Part shown: in pieces, positions 1 to 12,823 of the stretch | How the letters are laid out: every line of letters starts with the position of its first letter | How positions within the stretch are numbered: the stretch's first letter is position 1 | DNA from: Penicillus capitatus | Taxonomy: Eukaryota; Plantae; Chlorophyta | Direction: 5' to 3' | DNA length: 64,000 nucleotides | Assembly (NCBI GenBank): GCA_965649825.1 | Contig: OZ287708.1 | Span: 453,411 to 517,410, forward strand | Made by a program: the position numbers and the translations under genes | Notes under the pieces: model-generated | What the model was told of the DNA's origin: nothing | What the model saw: the letters and a program-made list of their open reading frames with translations, nothing else | Database searches by the model: none

Positions 1-1631
1 GCTGGACCACATTCGTCGGACACGCGTGGTGGATGGGGAGGCAGGGGGAATCACACAAGCCATCGGAGCGTATACATGTGAAGTTGAAGTGGAGGGAGAG
101 AAGAGATCGATCTGTTTTCTGGACACGCCTGGACATGAAGCTTTCAGTGCGATGCGTGCTCGAGGGACACGCGTTACGGACATCGCCATCATCGTCATCG
201 CAGCCAACGATGGCATCCGTCCTCAGACACTTGAAGCGATCAGTCATGCCAAAGCTGCCGAAGTGCCGATTGTGATTGCCATCAACAAGATCGACATGCC
301 TGGAGCTGATCCGGAACGGGTCAAAAGAGAACTGAGTGACATTGAGCTGCTGCCTGAGGAATGGGGAGGCAAGACACCCGTCGTTTGCATCAGTGCCAAA
401 ACAGGAGATAGTAAGTTCGAGTGTTTAGTGATGGACTCTACCAACAGAGGTGCATTCAGATGTGCAGGATCTGTTGGAGATGGTTACGTTGGTATCCGAC
501 ATCCAATTAGATCTGAGAGCGAATCCGGAAGCATCGGCCAAAGGAACGGTCATTGAGGCGTTCCTTGACAAACGAACTGGCGTTGTGGCGACAGTCTTGG
601 TGCAGAACGGAACGTTACATATCGGAGAAGCTGTTGTTGCTGGCGCGGCGTACGGTAAGGTCCGTAGCCTGACAGATGAACGAAAACAGACTGTCAGTGA
701 CGCGGGACCATCGACGGCAGTTCAAATGCTGGGCTTCCACGAAATTCCGGCCGCTGGAGATGTCTTTGCTGTCTGCTCAGACGAAACAGAGGTATTCGAG
801 CACAGTTGATCCGTTTGATCAACAAAGCACCTCTAGGCGAAAGCGGAAGCTGAGAAGGCAGCCGAAAGAATACGCCGGCAACATTTGTTGGAAGCTGCAG
901 GCGGTGGAAGTATGGTGACACTGTCATCTCTTGCCTCTGTTGACGATGAGGACGTCGATGCCCTACAGCGCCTCAATTTGGTGCTCAAGGGTGACACTTC
1001 GGGCTCCATCGAGGCAATAAAGGGTGCTCTGTCTAAGCTTCCACAGGAGGCCGTTGTGATCCGCTATCTCCACATATCTCCGGGAGATATCACGGAGTCC
1101 GATATCTTATTAGCAGCTGCTGCCGAAGGCATGGTTGTGGGATTCAATGTATCTGCCCGTGAAGATATCAAGGCCGTTGCTAAACAGAAAGGCGTCCAGC
1201 TGCAGAACTATACGATTATTTACGACCTCATCGATGACATCCGTGCCAAGATGGAAGGCAGGTTAAAACCGACAGAAGATCGGTTGCCGATCGGCGCTGC
1301 CAAAGTCCGTGCCGTATTCGGAAGCGGCAGTCTCCGTGTGGCAGGCTGTATGGTAACGGAGGGACGTTTGGAGAAGGGCTGCCTCATCAAAGTCTCCAGA
1401 AAGAAGGCCACGGTCTACGAAGGCCCATTGACCTCACTGCGTCGTATCAAAGACAAGGTCGAGGAAGTGTCTGCCGGATTGGAGTGTGGCGTCGGATGCG
1501 ATGGCTATTCTGAATGGCTCGAAGGTGATCTGATCGAAGCGTTCACGGTCGTGCAGAAACAGATGACACTGGAAGACTCCCGTGCGACGATGGCGATGGA
1601 CGAAACTGAGTTGCAAGACCTCATTGGCTAA
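1..1631 (+). CDS. infB: Translation initiation factor IF-2, plastid-type, 5'-truncated by window edge; introns 411-459 and 792-836
   Basis: [26 protein letters not shown] GTPase motifs, then IF2 domains III-IV ([19 protein letters not shown]). Removing two GT-AG introns joins ORFs 26, 450 and 885. The [10 protein letters not shown] tail resembles plant plastid IF2. Confidence 0.95.
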
Positions 1632-1746
1632 TTCATTTTTTGCTATTCTTTTTCACGTGACAGAATATTGATTCGTTGTTGTATCGGCATCTTTAAGAGA
1701 ATCCCATTCCAGTGCAAGAGAAGGAGGGATATCACCGCGTCCCTTT

Positions 1747-4700
1747 CTACTTGGTTGTCAGATCGTAGAGACCGCAGATGCGACCCTTGCCACCCGCGAC
1801 GAAACGTTTCCAGTTCGATGGATGGAAGGCCAAAGACGTCACTGCCTGCTGACAGTTCTCTCTGTTCTTTTTGTACGGACGGATGCTGCTAATCTGCAAA
1901 ACGCTCTCAGCAATCCGTTCTTCCTTATGGATTAGATGCTTACGTTTTCTCCGTCTGTCGACCACACTTTGATGACGGGATGCAGTGAGGCCGAAACCAG
2001 GATCGGATGTGTGAGGTGCGAGATCATGGCACTCGTGTATCCTAAGGAATGCGCTCGAACCTGAAAAGATGGGGTCAGACTGCTGAAGACGGATTCGTCG
2101 GACTGCCGTATCTCCAATTGGCGCATGAGACCTCCGTAGGCCAGGACACTGATCGACTCTCCGTAGGACATGTGAACGGGTGTCATGGCAGAAATGGGAC
2201 CCTGTGTTTGGAAAGCACGCACCCCGCATACGAAGCAGTTGGTGCGAACATCAAACACACGAACCATCCCTTCTGCCGATCCAACGGCCAAGAGACAGGG
2301 CGACTGGCGAAAGCACTTTAGAAAATCGATGGCCGGACGCGTGGTCTTGTCGATGGCAAACTAAAGAGATCATGTTCGGCACAGAGGTAGGGAGCAGACA
2401 GCTGTTACCTGTTGTACGATGGATGCACATTCGAGATCCATTTGCTGTACGATGCCCGGGAGGCTGAGACCTGCTGAGAAGATGTGCCCCATCGTCGGTT
2501 GCCAGTCAAAACAGGCAGGGGCCAAGACAAAGGACGGCGGCGTGGCTACAGGAACGGCATGCCATGCGCTTAACAGTTGCGGATCACTCTCTGTGCAGTT
2601 GCGCCAGACGCGTACGCATCCATCTGTGCTGCAGGCCATGAGGCGATCTAAGGAATGTGAGAGATCCAGGGAGAACAGTGCGACGGTATCCACAGAATCG
2701 ATGACCGCATTCTCGCGATGGTCCGCCAGCATAAACTTCGAGATTTCTGGATTCGATGGCTTACCATAATCGTAGATCGAGAGATATCCTTCGCGATCCG
2801 TGATGGCGATAAGATCCCGATTGGCATCCAGCAAGAGACATCCAACATTCTCTGCGTTTGTCCGGATATTGAGAACGTATCGATCGAGTGTCATATTCCT
2901 GATCCCTTCATTCACTGCTTCCTTGCTCCTATCCAATGACGAGCGCATCTCTGGTGGACGCTGCAGCAAGAGTTGAGATGAGGAGGAGAGGAGAGGTGGA
3001 TGACCTGTTTCTGAGACAGGTGTGGATCTGCCAGGTCTTTGCGACAGAGACGAAAAATGGATGGCGTTGGAAGAAGGGCTGGATGTGCCTGAGATGAAAT
3101 TCTGTGTAGGGGTGTCTGTTCTGTATTGAATCCATGTGGCTTTCCCCCCAGGCCATGGACCTCGTGAGATGAGGAAGAAGATCCACTCATGACTCGATCT
3201 CTAAGCTTGTGGAGACGTTTTAGCTTGTACGGTCGTCTCTGGCAATACTTCGAAGCCAATTCAATACGCGTCTGTAAAATCTGTGTCTGCTCTTGGAAAG
3301 CCGGCGGCTGCTCAGCGCCGCCTGACCCCACCGAAAAGCCTGTGCTCGTTTGTGGTTGACTGTCAAGTGAGGCTCTGGATCTGCTTCGAATGCGAATCAA
3401 CGACACTGCCCTTCCTAAGAGAGATCCGAAATCAGATTCTGTCAAAGATCGCTTCTGGCTCGAGAGCTTTGCAGAAGCCGGCTTCGGCCAGAATTCCAAA
3501 TCCCAGTGCAACAGACGAATCGTCTGCTGGCCTGCTTCGGCCACCTACACGCTTTTACACGACACCTCTGTTATGGCATCTGGAGCAATAGACCTCGTGG
3601 ATCGGATCCATGGCCAAAGTGCAGATGTTTTCGAGGATACGTCTGTGGCAGTCGGTGGACGTTCCCACGGCATCGCTGCTCGATGCATCGTCGAAATTCA
3701 GAGAGTGAAATTGCGCTTGGGCAGCATCGTGCGTTGTCCATCTCAGGATGTCCTCTCTTTGAGGAGACGATCCTTCGCCTGGCAGATTCAGGAGATGGCC
3801 GCCCTTATGCATTGAGGTTGTTACTGGAACAACATGACGCTGTAAACCATGGTTCTGGGTCTCCACATCTCTCTGCATTTGAGCCATGGCAGACTGCACG
3901 AAAAAACCATGTGTGGGATGTACCGGAGGGGGTCTCTACCTCAAAGGCGCGTTCGTGTGTCGGCTTTTGCACCAGACGATTGAGCAGTCCAATCGCTTCC
4001 AGTCGGACAATGGGGCTGCCATCATAGACAAGCTAAAAGTGTGATATCAGAGTGAAGGGATGGGGTGTTTGAGTGGGCCACTTTGCTAGAGGTAGAGGCG
4101 AGATGTTCGAAGAGAACAGCATCAAAGTGCTGCAACTCTGTCTCTGGTTGACTAAGAACGACGAAAGAACTCAGAGCAGCAATGATGGCCGCGCGAAGCT
4201 CAGGATCCTGTGCCGACAAGGAATCCAACAAGATCTCAGGCAAGTGGTTCCTCAATGCCACCAAGACGGCCTAAACGTCGATTACCCCAATGCCACACGT
4301 GAGAGATAGAGAGGAGCACTTCAGCTCGGCCTTCACAGATCGATGCAATGCAGAGACAAATCCACTTGTGCATGTCTGAAAGCTCGTGGCCCTCCATTTC
4401 GCCATACTCCTGATTCAAGATCTTTGCACAGGATGACAACAGTCGAGCATCCAAACAGAGTTTCTGCCCCTGAGCGACCGAGATGGATGATATGACAGGC
4501 AGACGTTTTGTTTACTTGAGGAAAACCGTGACAGATAAGGGCAAGGACAGCTGCAGCCTTGGCCTTGAGGTCGATCTCGCCCTCTTCTCTTTCCAGGTAG
4601 TGGATGAAGTATAGGTGACCACTGTCTTTACAGAGATCTGATTGACAGGAGCTGTCCAGGGCCAAGAGCTTCGCCCATATGCATATCAATGTGCGTTGCA

Positions 4701-6404
4701 GATCGACAGCCGTCGTCTGCAGGAGTTTCTGCACATAGGGAAAGACACCAACGGACAGCGACAGTTCCACTGCCCACGTGCCGAGCTCCAGAAACTCATA
4801 GAGCAGCTCCAAGGCACGCACTCTGTGGACAGGACTCAAGAGAACTTGCAGAAGAACAGGGAGCTGTTGAGGAGGCGCTTTCTTGCTCGATCCAAACTTC
4901 AGCGAAAGAGCAAAGGCATCCAGCTGCTCAGAAAAGAAAGAGGTCAGACGAAACTCCCTTGGCGGTTTGTTCAGAAGCAGATCGGGCAACTGCATGACAA
5001 TGCGTTCAGCTGCAACATCCCACATCTGCCACAGATGATGATTGTATGTTGGCGGCAGTCGTGGATAAGACACCGGCATCACACCCATTGAGGACATGAC
5101 ACGCTCAGCTAAGAGAAAATTACGAAAGAGCGATGCCACCAACAGATCCTGTGATAAGGCAGCTGTCGTCAGAGAGGGGAAAGGGTGTTTGGTCGAAGCA
5201 ACCTGTCGAAAGAGTTTCTGAAAAAGATGCGAAGGCAAAACGTCCCAGGCAATGGAATCTGTCACGGCAGTGAAGATCCAATGCAGCTCGCCGAGTGGAC
5301 TCTTGCGTTCCTGAGGCATTCCGGGGACAGAATCTAACAAATCTGGTGTCACTTTGCCTTCGATCGCGACGCTGCGCTCAAGCAACCAACGCAACGCAAC
5401 CTGCAAACAGCCAGACGTCTTTTCATTCCTTGATAAAGTGGCCGGACTCCGATGGGCGTCGTGAGACAGGAGGTGAAGAGATCTGCCGGAAAATCGGGAT
5501 GCGTGTCCAAGTTTTCGCCGTGGCGACACGATCCCATCAAAATCGTTCCTTTCATTGGATCTCCATCCTGAGAAGAGAATGGCGTTATTCCTGCATTGGG
5601 TCCCTAAATGCAAGGTGGTGTATCCGTGTCCCTATGGAGGTGAGATCTCTTGCCATGTCTCTCAGCACCTGGGCCATCGATGTGGTGACGGCATCTAGAA
5701 TTGTCCCGGCAGAAGGACAGTCCAAGACATAGATGACCGGATTCCCCACCCAGCACTGTAGATCGTAAACGGAGAGCGGAATGTACTGTGTGTAATGGCT
5801 GTTGAACACCCAGATCTCTCCATTGCTCGTTGGCTTGGGAACACCATGGCCGTTGTAGTGAAACAGAATACGCTCCGTCTGCACCATCCATCCATCTGTC
5901 ACATCATCATCCGCTTTGTTGGACAAAACCGGACCTTTGCCGCTCGACGGAGGTTCATACACACCTTGCGCACTTGCTCCACGGTGGGATCGAGCGCCAA
6001 TCTGTATCGAGCTCTGGGCTGCCATCTCTCATACTGCGTCTGCAAGTTTTTGCCTAGAACCATGTGTGAGAACTTGTGTGACAGGGACGGCTGTTGTGCC
6101 AATCGTTTCGAGGGCGCGTTGCATGGGAGCTGTGTTGGGATCCACCCAACAGTGTTTCGTTGGACACGGGGAGATTCGGACGAGTCCAGGTGGGTCGACA
6201 CCGACATTCAGACAGAGAACGAGAGCCCCAGCCGCCGTTTTAATTTTCTCTTTCGAATTCCATTTGGCCACTAGTCCTTCCGTCCAGGACTCCTCTTCCG
6301 TCAGGGAACGGTGCCGTTCCTGCAGCACTCCTTATTTCGCCGTTCTCTTCTCTACGTCGTGTCACTTTGCTAAGCCAGACGGGCGTCGCTGTGGCAGAAG
6401 TCAT
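1747..6404 (-). CDS. RAPTOR1: RAPTOR/KOG1, TORC1 scaffold (RNC domain, HEAT repeats, WD40), about 11 introns
   Basis: Motifs [80 protein letters not shown] and C-terminal WD40 repeats. ATG at 6404 inferred through a 46-nt first intron; last exon ends ...GLYDLTTK*. Confidence 0.93.
6054..6099 (-). other. GC-AG intron (46 nt) in RAPTOR
   Basis: ATT G|gcacaa...ttctag|GC AAA restores [15 protein letters not shown]. The GT donors in this interval give the wrong frame. Confidence 0.85.
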
Positions 6405-6504
6405 GACGCATGTGCAAGGAGTGAGCAACCGAACGAACGTACACACGAACACGCCAAAACGATTTACGTCATATCACTAACAGGTCAACAAAAGTTCACA
6501 CTCT

Positions 6505-7123
6505 TTAAACATTTGGCTGCCCAGTGGCCACTACAGGACCTGTCTGCACAGACGAAGGCGGCGGTGCCACATAAGATGCTGGGACAAATGGATTGCTCGG
6601 CTGTGGTGGCTGAGAAGAGGCTCCTGGTTGACTAGGCGCATTGATCTGCTCATAACCAGAATCCCCACTCGATGCCTGCTGATAGACCACATAGCCAAAA
6701 TACGTCGCAATAAACTACATTGCAAAAAACACGCTATCTGTCTCGTGCATGACATTCTCTCACCTTCAACAACATCGACATCATGCGCAGTAAAATAAAG
6801 AAGACTTCTCCAGCAGTGGCATAGTGATGCGATACACTGACCATTCGCACGATATCGACAATACAGGTAGCCGGTGCGAAGAAAAGAAACTGGACAGAAG
6901 GGGTCGTGCGAGTGAGTTGTGATGCGGTAGCTGTGTTTACCAGGAAGAGCATTCCAACATTGTAGTTGAGTATAGCAATGATTCCCATAACAGCTATGGC
7001 GGCCGAGACGTCCGTGTCATAGAGGGAAGAGAGAATGGCCAGGGACAATTGCAGGACGACACAGAAATTGAAGTTTGACGCCGTGGTGCTGACGAAATGA
7101 TACTGAAGGGAAGACGACGACAT
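6505..7123 (-). CDS. Small multi-pass membrane protein with Pro/Ser/Gln-rich tail (AGTRAP-like), 2 introns
   Basis: Spliced product MSSSSLQ...LAILSSLYDTDVSAAIAVMGIIAIL...CIVDIVRMV...MSMLLK-FIATYFGYVVYQQ...PNV*. Has 3-4 hydrophobic helices. The AGTRAP similarity is from pattern only. Confidence 0.6.
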
Positions 7124-7214
7124 GCTCGCGACAACCCGATAGAGAAATGTCGATTCGGCCAATCGCATAGGACCATCAGAGATGATGATCTATATGATTA
7201 TCATCTCCGCCACA

Positions 7215-9216
7215 ATGCAACGCTGCAGTGTCGTCTGGATCGTCGTGACGACGATGCTCTGCAAAACGATGAGAGGAGAGGGAATGCCCAAAGGAACTAT
7301 GCACATGCGAGGGGAGAGCACGTCATGGACAGTAGAGGTCGACATCGTCACCCTTGGACACAGAGGATATGAAGATGTCTTGACGTCTCGTTCATGATGT
7401 GACTTGAGAGTCCGGCTGGATGAGAAGGATCATTGTAGGGGACAGGCGTCTTTTGTGACAAGCAATGTGACGCGCCATCCAAAAAGCCTTTCTAAGAAGA
7501 TCGCAATGTTAGAGCTCTCTTCAGGTTGAGAGTACAGACAGAAGCGCTCGGCCTTCCCCTCATCGCTGCATCGAACCTTAGGAGTCGATGACAATGCACT
7601 TCTCAACAGAATCATGGCTGTGCAAGAGGCCAGAGCAATAGCTGTGGGTATTCTGAGGGCACTGGGGCCGACGTCAGAGTCCGTTGCAGGTCGTAGTGTG
7701 CTACGAAAGGCATGAAGTGGATGCCATGACGACCTTACTGACAAAACCAAGCATCGATCGTGCCGAATACTACGCATGGCAATCACTGGATTTCACGATT
7801 CCGGTCGTTCTGCTGGGAGTGGCTGATGGATCGACGGCCCGGAAGTTCCTGCGTGCCTCTTCTCTGGACGTCATTCTCGACTTTGGACAGACACTACCTG
7901 TCGCAGAACAGATCTCCGTACAGTTTTGGTTTGCTGGACACTGCACTTCTGTCCACGACTGCGAATCTCACGCCGCCTTTGCAGAAGTGTGTGTATGGCG
8001 ATCATCCACGTCCAACAGATGTGCGGCTGTAGGAAATGGGAGATCTGGTTTGGGATATTGGAAAGAATACAGAAGTAGATGTTTCCGTCTACGGTTTTCT
8101 CTGGACGTGTTCCAAAAGGGACAGTCCATCTTCCTGCGACGACGCCTGTCTGCATCACGGACGATACTGTTCCCCTTCTCTTCCTGCATCGACAAACCAA
8201 TCTCACGATCTCCCAGGGCAAGATATCCTAAAGGTTCTGCTCACTCTTTGCTCGACTGAATGCATTTCTCTATGCGATCTGCAAAGGGGACGCTGCATCA
8301 CCTATGCCTCTATCAGATTCTCAAAAAAGCAAGACAGCTGGAGAAATGGTGGTATGCTTTGGCGGATTTCTACAGGCATTGCACGCCACTCTCAGGATCT
8401 GAAAGAAAACAGTGCTCTTTCAAAGTCCTGTCAGACACTCTTGTCGAAACTTTCGCCTGTATGTGCTTCATCAGATTGTGCAAGAAAGAGGGCTCTCTTG
8501 GATTCGAAAGGCAGTGGAGACATGCATCCAACCCGATCTCTTAATCCATGATCGACGGCATCCGTTACTGGAGACGCATATGAAAATTCAGATTCGAAAC
8601 AGGATCTCTCCATATGTCCCTTCGCTCTATCTCAACGAACAGCCTTTTCTCGCTCCGCTTACAAAAAGGAACATCGAAACGGCGATCTGCTTGATCCTCT
8701 CTGAACAAAATCCACCATTCTGCACAACGCCATCTGAAAAGGGCGATCAGCTGTATGCACCCTCTCCATAGAGATCGTCAGACGCCATTTCTGTTCAGGA
8801 TCGTACCGACAAGGCCCATCGGATGGACGGATGCCGATACAGTTGCTTCGCAACTCGTCTCAGCTTTACTGCCGCCTTCCCGACATGGCTGGTGTTCAGC
8901 AGAGACGCACGCGTCTTCTGCACAAGGTCCAACGACGTCGGTGAACCGCAGATCATTTTTGGCACTTTTCTCAGGGGCACCAGTCGAAGGTGTTCTGTCG
9001 ATCATCGTATGCGTTGTTCTCCTGACAGGAGTCGCCGGTGCTGTCGGTCTGCATCGCCTTCATGCCAGAGAGGAATGTAGCAGTAGCTTCGACGGCACGG
9101 TCGATTGCCGACTCGCGTCCGTTGTCCGATCATACGACGACGCCACGTCATCGAACGGACGTTCGCCGTCGTCATCGTCTTGGGTGCACATTCGTTGTAA
9201 ATCCCGACGACGCTAA
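7215..9216 (+). CDS. Divergent vacuolar-sorting-receptor-like type I membrane protein (PA-like plus thioredoxin-like central domain, TM helix), no EGF repeats
   Basis: Signal-peptide-like start MQRCSVVWIVV. CLHHGRYC, LCLYQ...KWWYALADFYRHC and VPSLYLNEQPF...AIC correspond to VSR CINHGRYC, LCVY...WWDYVTDF and LPTLVVN...ALC. TM helix VLSIIVCVVLLTGVAGAVG. The 3' end is uncertain. Confidence 0.65.
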
Positions 9217-9232
9217 AATCTGTCAACGAGCG

Positions 9233-11259
9233 ATGTTCGCGAATGGCAACCCAACGGCTACGGAAGCCTCGTCGTCACGTCTTCTCTGTTGCTCGAAGAG
9301 ACGTCGACGTCAATCTATCTCGATTGCCGCGCGACTTCGACGACAGGAACGCTTCTTCGATGTTGAACCGAGAAATAGTGTCGAGAAAGCACGTCTGTTA
9401 CTGCAACGCGGATGGAAACGTCTCTCGATGAAGCAGAGCGACGAGGTGTACGCCCTTAGGCTTTCTGACCCGATTGTCAATTCTCCTTCGTGCAGGAGTC
9501 GATGATCACAGCGCCACTGACGGTTCAAAGAAATGGAGAGCGATTACAGTATGTTTGGAAAGGCGATCGTTTGCAAGCCGTTATACAGCATCCTTCTGGA
9601 AGGTCACATTCCGGTGAGGCCTAACCGCAGATTGGCCCGTACAGCAACGACAGCAGTCGGCCTAGAAAGGCGTGATGGAACAGACGAGGGATCATGGCTG
9701 CCGTGGAATGTCGAAAGATTACTGCTTGCTTTTCAAGATCTCCTCTTTCCCGATCCCTCTACTGTGAGTTCAGATTACTGGAATTGGCTGGTTTGGCGAG
9801 TCTTTTCAGTAAACCCTTTGATAACTGAGATCTCTACCGAGGAGCTCTTTACTGTAGAGGTTTTTCGGGACGTTCTTACTGATCTTTGGGACACAAGTGT
9901 GCGCATCTCGCATCGCGGAAGTCTCTGCTATGTTGAGCGTGTTTAGTCACTCCTGGTGGCGGCAGGATTGGGTGCGGACCAATCGTTGAAGGCATCCGTT
10001 GCGGTCAACTGGATGGTAAAGGATGGAGTCGGTCGCATATCACGATTTCTCATTGCTTCCAAATTCAGTCGGAAGTTTGACGCCAATGTAAAAGTGAGCG
10101 AGTGATGTGACATCGAAGGGAGAATCTGGATGCATATCTGCGTTGCCTGCAGAAAGCGAGGTTTCTCTCGGTTGTGTTCTGTACGGCCTGTGTGGGGGCA
10201 GAGTACCTGGCTCCGCTGTTTCCTGGGTGTTTTCTTCTTCTGGCTATTGTTGGGCGTATTGGAACTGCGGTGAAATTGACCGCTTTTGTTTCGACAGGTC
10301 CGTCGATTGCGATGGCCTTTGCAAAGAACCAAGCAGTCTGCAACATCACAGCCAAAACGCAGGTTGCTGCCTTTCACCAGCCAACAGCTTCTGAGCAGCT
10401 TCGTCGTGGATAGGCTCAGCACAGCGTCGTGGATTCCTTAACTATCGTCATAGCAGCGTGCTTGACATACATGTGTGGCAAATTGCCCTGGACGCTTGCT
10501 GCATTACCACTTGTGGCGTACTTTATCTGTGCGTCATGTGTTATCTATGGCGGGTATATGGAGAACAGGACACTTGTCTTCAATACCCTGAACAGTTGTC
10601 GCATGAACATTGCCACGAGCCATTGGGTGCGCGAACAGAGAGCTTTGTCGCCGAGAGAGGTGAATACGATAACAGATGACACTCCTCTTCTGATCGGCAC
10701 ATCTGCAGATCTGTCGTTTAGAGACCGTCTGGGGGACAAGCGTCGAAGATCGTCCGTCGGACGTCGCGATCAGAATCGGAAGACTCGAAGACATAGCGGA
10801 TCATCCTGTCGACCTTGAACGGATCTTGAAACGACATCGAGAGGATCGATTTATGATCGCCCTCAACAGAGCTCAGCTCAAAAGGAAGCCACTGGCCCGT
10901 CCTTCGCTGCTCATCTCCTTCAAGTATCTTATCCTCTGCAGCACCTCTGTGCTCAGATAACCGTTAGGGATAACGCTCAAAACGAAGATATCATTCTGGC
11001 TTTCTTGACAGGGGCATTTGCACGAGAGAGATTACGGGAGTGTTGTGTCAAGGATCGCGTTCGAGCAGATTCTGCGATCGAATGTGCTCGAGAAGAGGCG
11101 CAGAAGTCATTGCGTCTCTTCACTCAGGCACTCGAATCCGCTGGATGGAAATTATCGGCCGTGTCTGTTGATATCGGAGATGTTCAGTACCCAAACACAA
11201 TGCAATTACCACTCCGCCCACATCCTTCAGCCGTTAGGGAAAACGAACGACTTTACTGA
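9233..11259 (+). CDS. RUS (root UV-B sensitive)/DUF647 family protein, probable organellar presequence
   Basis: LLFPDPSTVSSDYWNWLVWR, AEYLAPLFPGCFLLLA, AFAKNQAVCNITAKTQ, VFNTLNSCRM and LESAGW match the RUS family pattern. Exons joined by short GT-AG introns. Confidence 0.8.
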
Positions 11260-11333
11260 ACATGTGGACTGTGTTATCTTTGCCCGGGCCCTGCGATCCG
11301 ACGCAAGTCGCTCGAAACTTGAGTCTTTGGATG

Positions 11334-12692
11334 TCATGTGCGTTGGGTAGGTATATCTTTGACAGTAAGAGCCGCTTCTGCCATTCCGAGTGCTCCTTCT
11401 TTTGTCTTGTGTCCGCCAATGAAACCACTGGAATGGACAAAGACACATCCTTCGATACCAGATGCTTCGTCTAGGTTCTCAAATCGCAGCCCTCTCCACT
11501 GAACTGGCAGGGGGTGGCGCGAGATGAAAGAAGCTGGGGCAATTGGTACAGCATGTATTCGGAAAGCGTCTTTCACTCCAGAGTCCTAAACCATCCCATC
11601 AGACAACGCACCTCTCTGTACAGATCGACAGCGTAGATGCAGTATTTGATCGTGCCTGTTAACTTCTGTTCGGTCTCGAGGTCGTCCAGATGCTCCTGCC
11701 ATGGACAGAATGTGCGAAGCAAAATGATTTCACCTGTTGGACTGACAGAGAATCGCTCTTGCAGCGCGTGCTGCACATGAATACGCGCCGGCAACCAAAC
11801 CTATGCCAACATATGATCATCACTGTCAGATGAGCGACGGGAAGTGACTTTTGCCATTCGAAGGACGTAGTCCAAGAACTCGTGGCCACACAACTTCATC
11901 GCCTCTTCAAATTGACGATCTGTTGTGATCGATGGATCGGACTCATTCCACGAAGGATTGAGCCGGGACACTCTAGATGGCAGTCCTGTTGAGTCTACAT
12001 ACTGAGGGACAGAGCCATCCTTGCATACAGGGACGCCTAGAGAAACTCTAACCGTCACATCGCCACTTGTACTCGATCTACTTACCGTTGTCAATAGCAT
12101 CAAGCGCCTGTATAAAACCCTTGTAGACTTTGTGGTACAGCACGTCCACATCTTCATCTTTGAGATCGACAGAGTCGAGCGCTTGCTTCAGAATCTCTCT
12201 TCCTACAGACAGGCCTCCGTGTGTGATCGTCCTGTCTTCCGAGCAATGCACGCACCAAAGTGCTTGTAGATTAATCCAGCACTCGACAGCTTGATTGTGT
12301 ACCCTATGTCACGCGTTCATCGTATGTGCCAGTTAGGAATGTATCCACCTTGTCCGAAGATTTCATTAAATCCCTTCTGATGGTGATCAAACCTCGATAT
12401 CTCTGCAATGACCGTGCCTCGACATCGAGCGATGGCAGCCTAACGCAGTCATGCCTGGATCGTAGATGTTGCCGACATCAACCAAGACATCCATCTTATC
12501 CAGAATCTTAGGGTCACGCGTTCGGGTAATCTCTGCCTTGGCAAAGCGCTCTGTCCTCTTCAGCATCCAACATCCGAGAGCTTCGTCGCAATGAAAGCTG
12601 CCATCATGTGTTCCGATAGATGTCATGCTTCGGCAGTTGACGAGGGGTAAGAGGCGTATGAGGTGGTGCACCCTGACTGTAATGGCTATCAT
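11334..12692 (-). CDS. MYG1: MYG1 exonuclease (DHH-like), possible N-terminal presequence; alternative starts at 12719 and 12626
   Basis: IGTHDGSFHCDEAL, TRTRDP, VDVGNIYDP, KLSSAGLIYKHF, CVFVHSSGFIGGHKT. Confidence 0.92.
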
Positions 12693-12823
12693 TGTGAGGG
12701 ATATCGTCTGTCTCATCATACACCCACGGTCATCAGGTTCATGCGAATTTTACAAAGCCGCTTTCACTGAGCATCTCTTACTTTCGTTTTTCACGGTCTG
12801 CTTCACAGAACGCTTCATACCTC

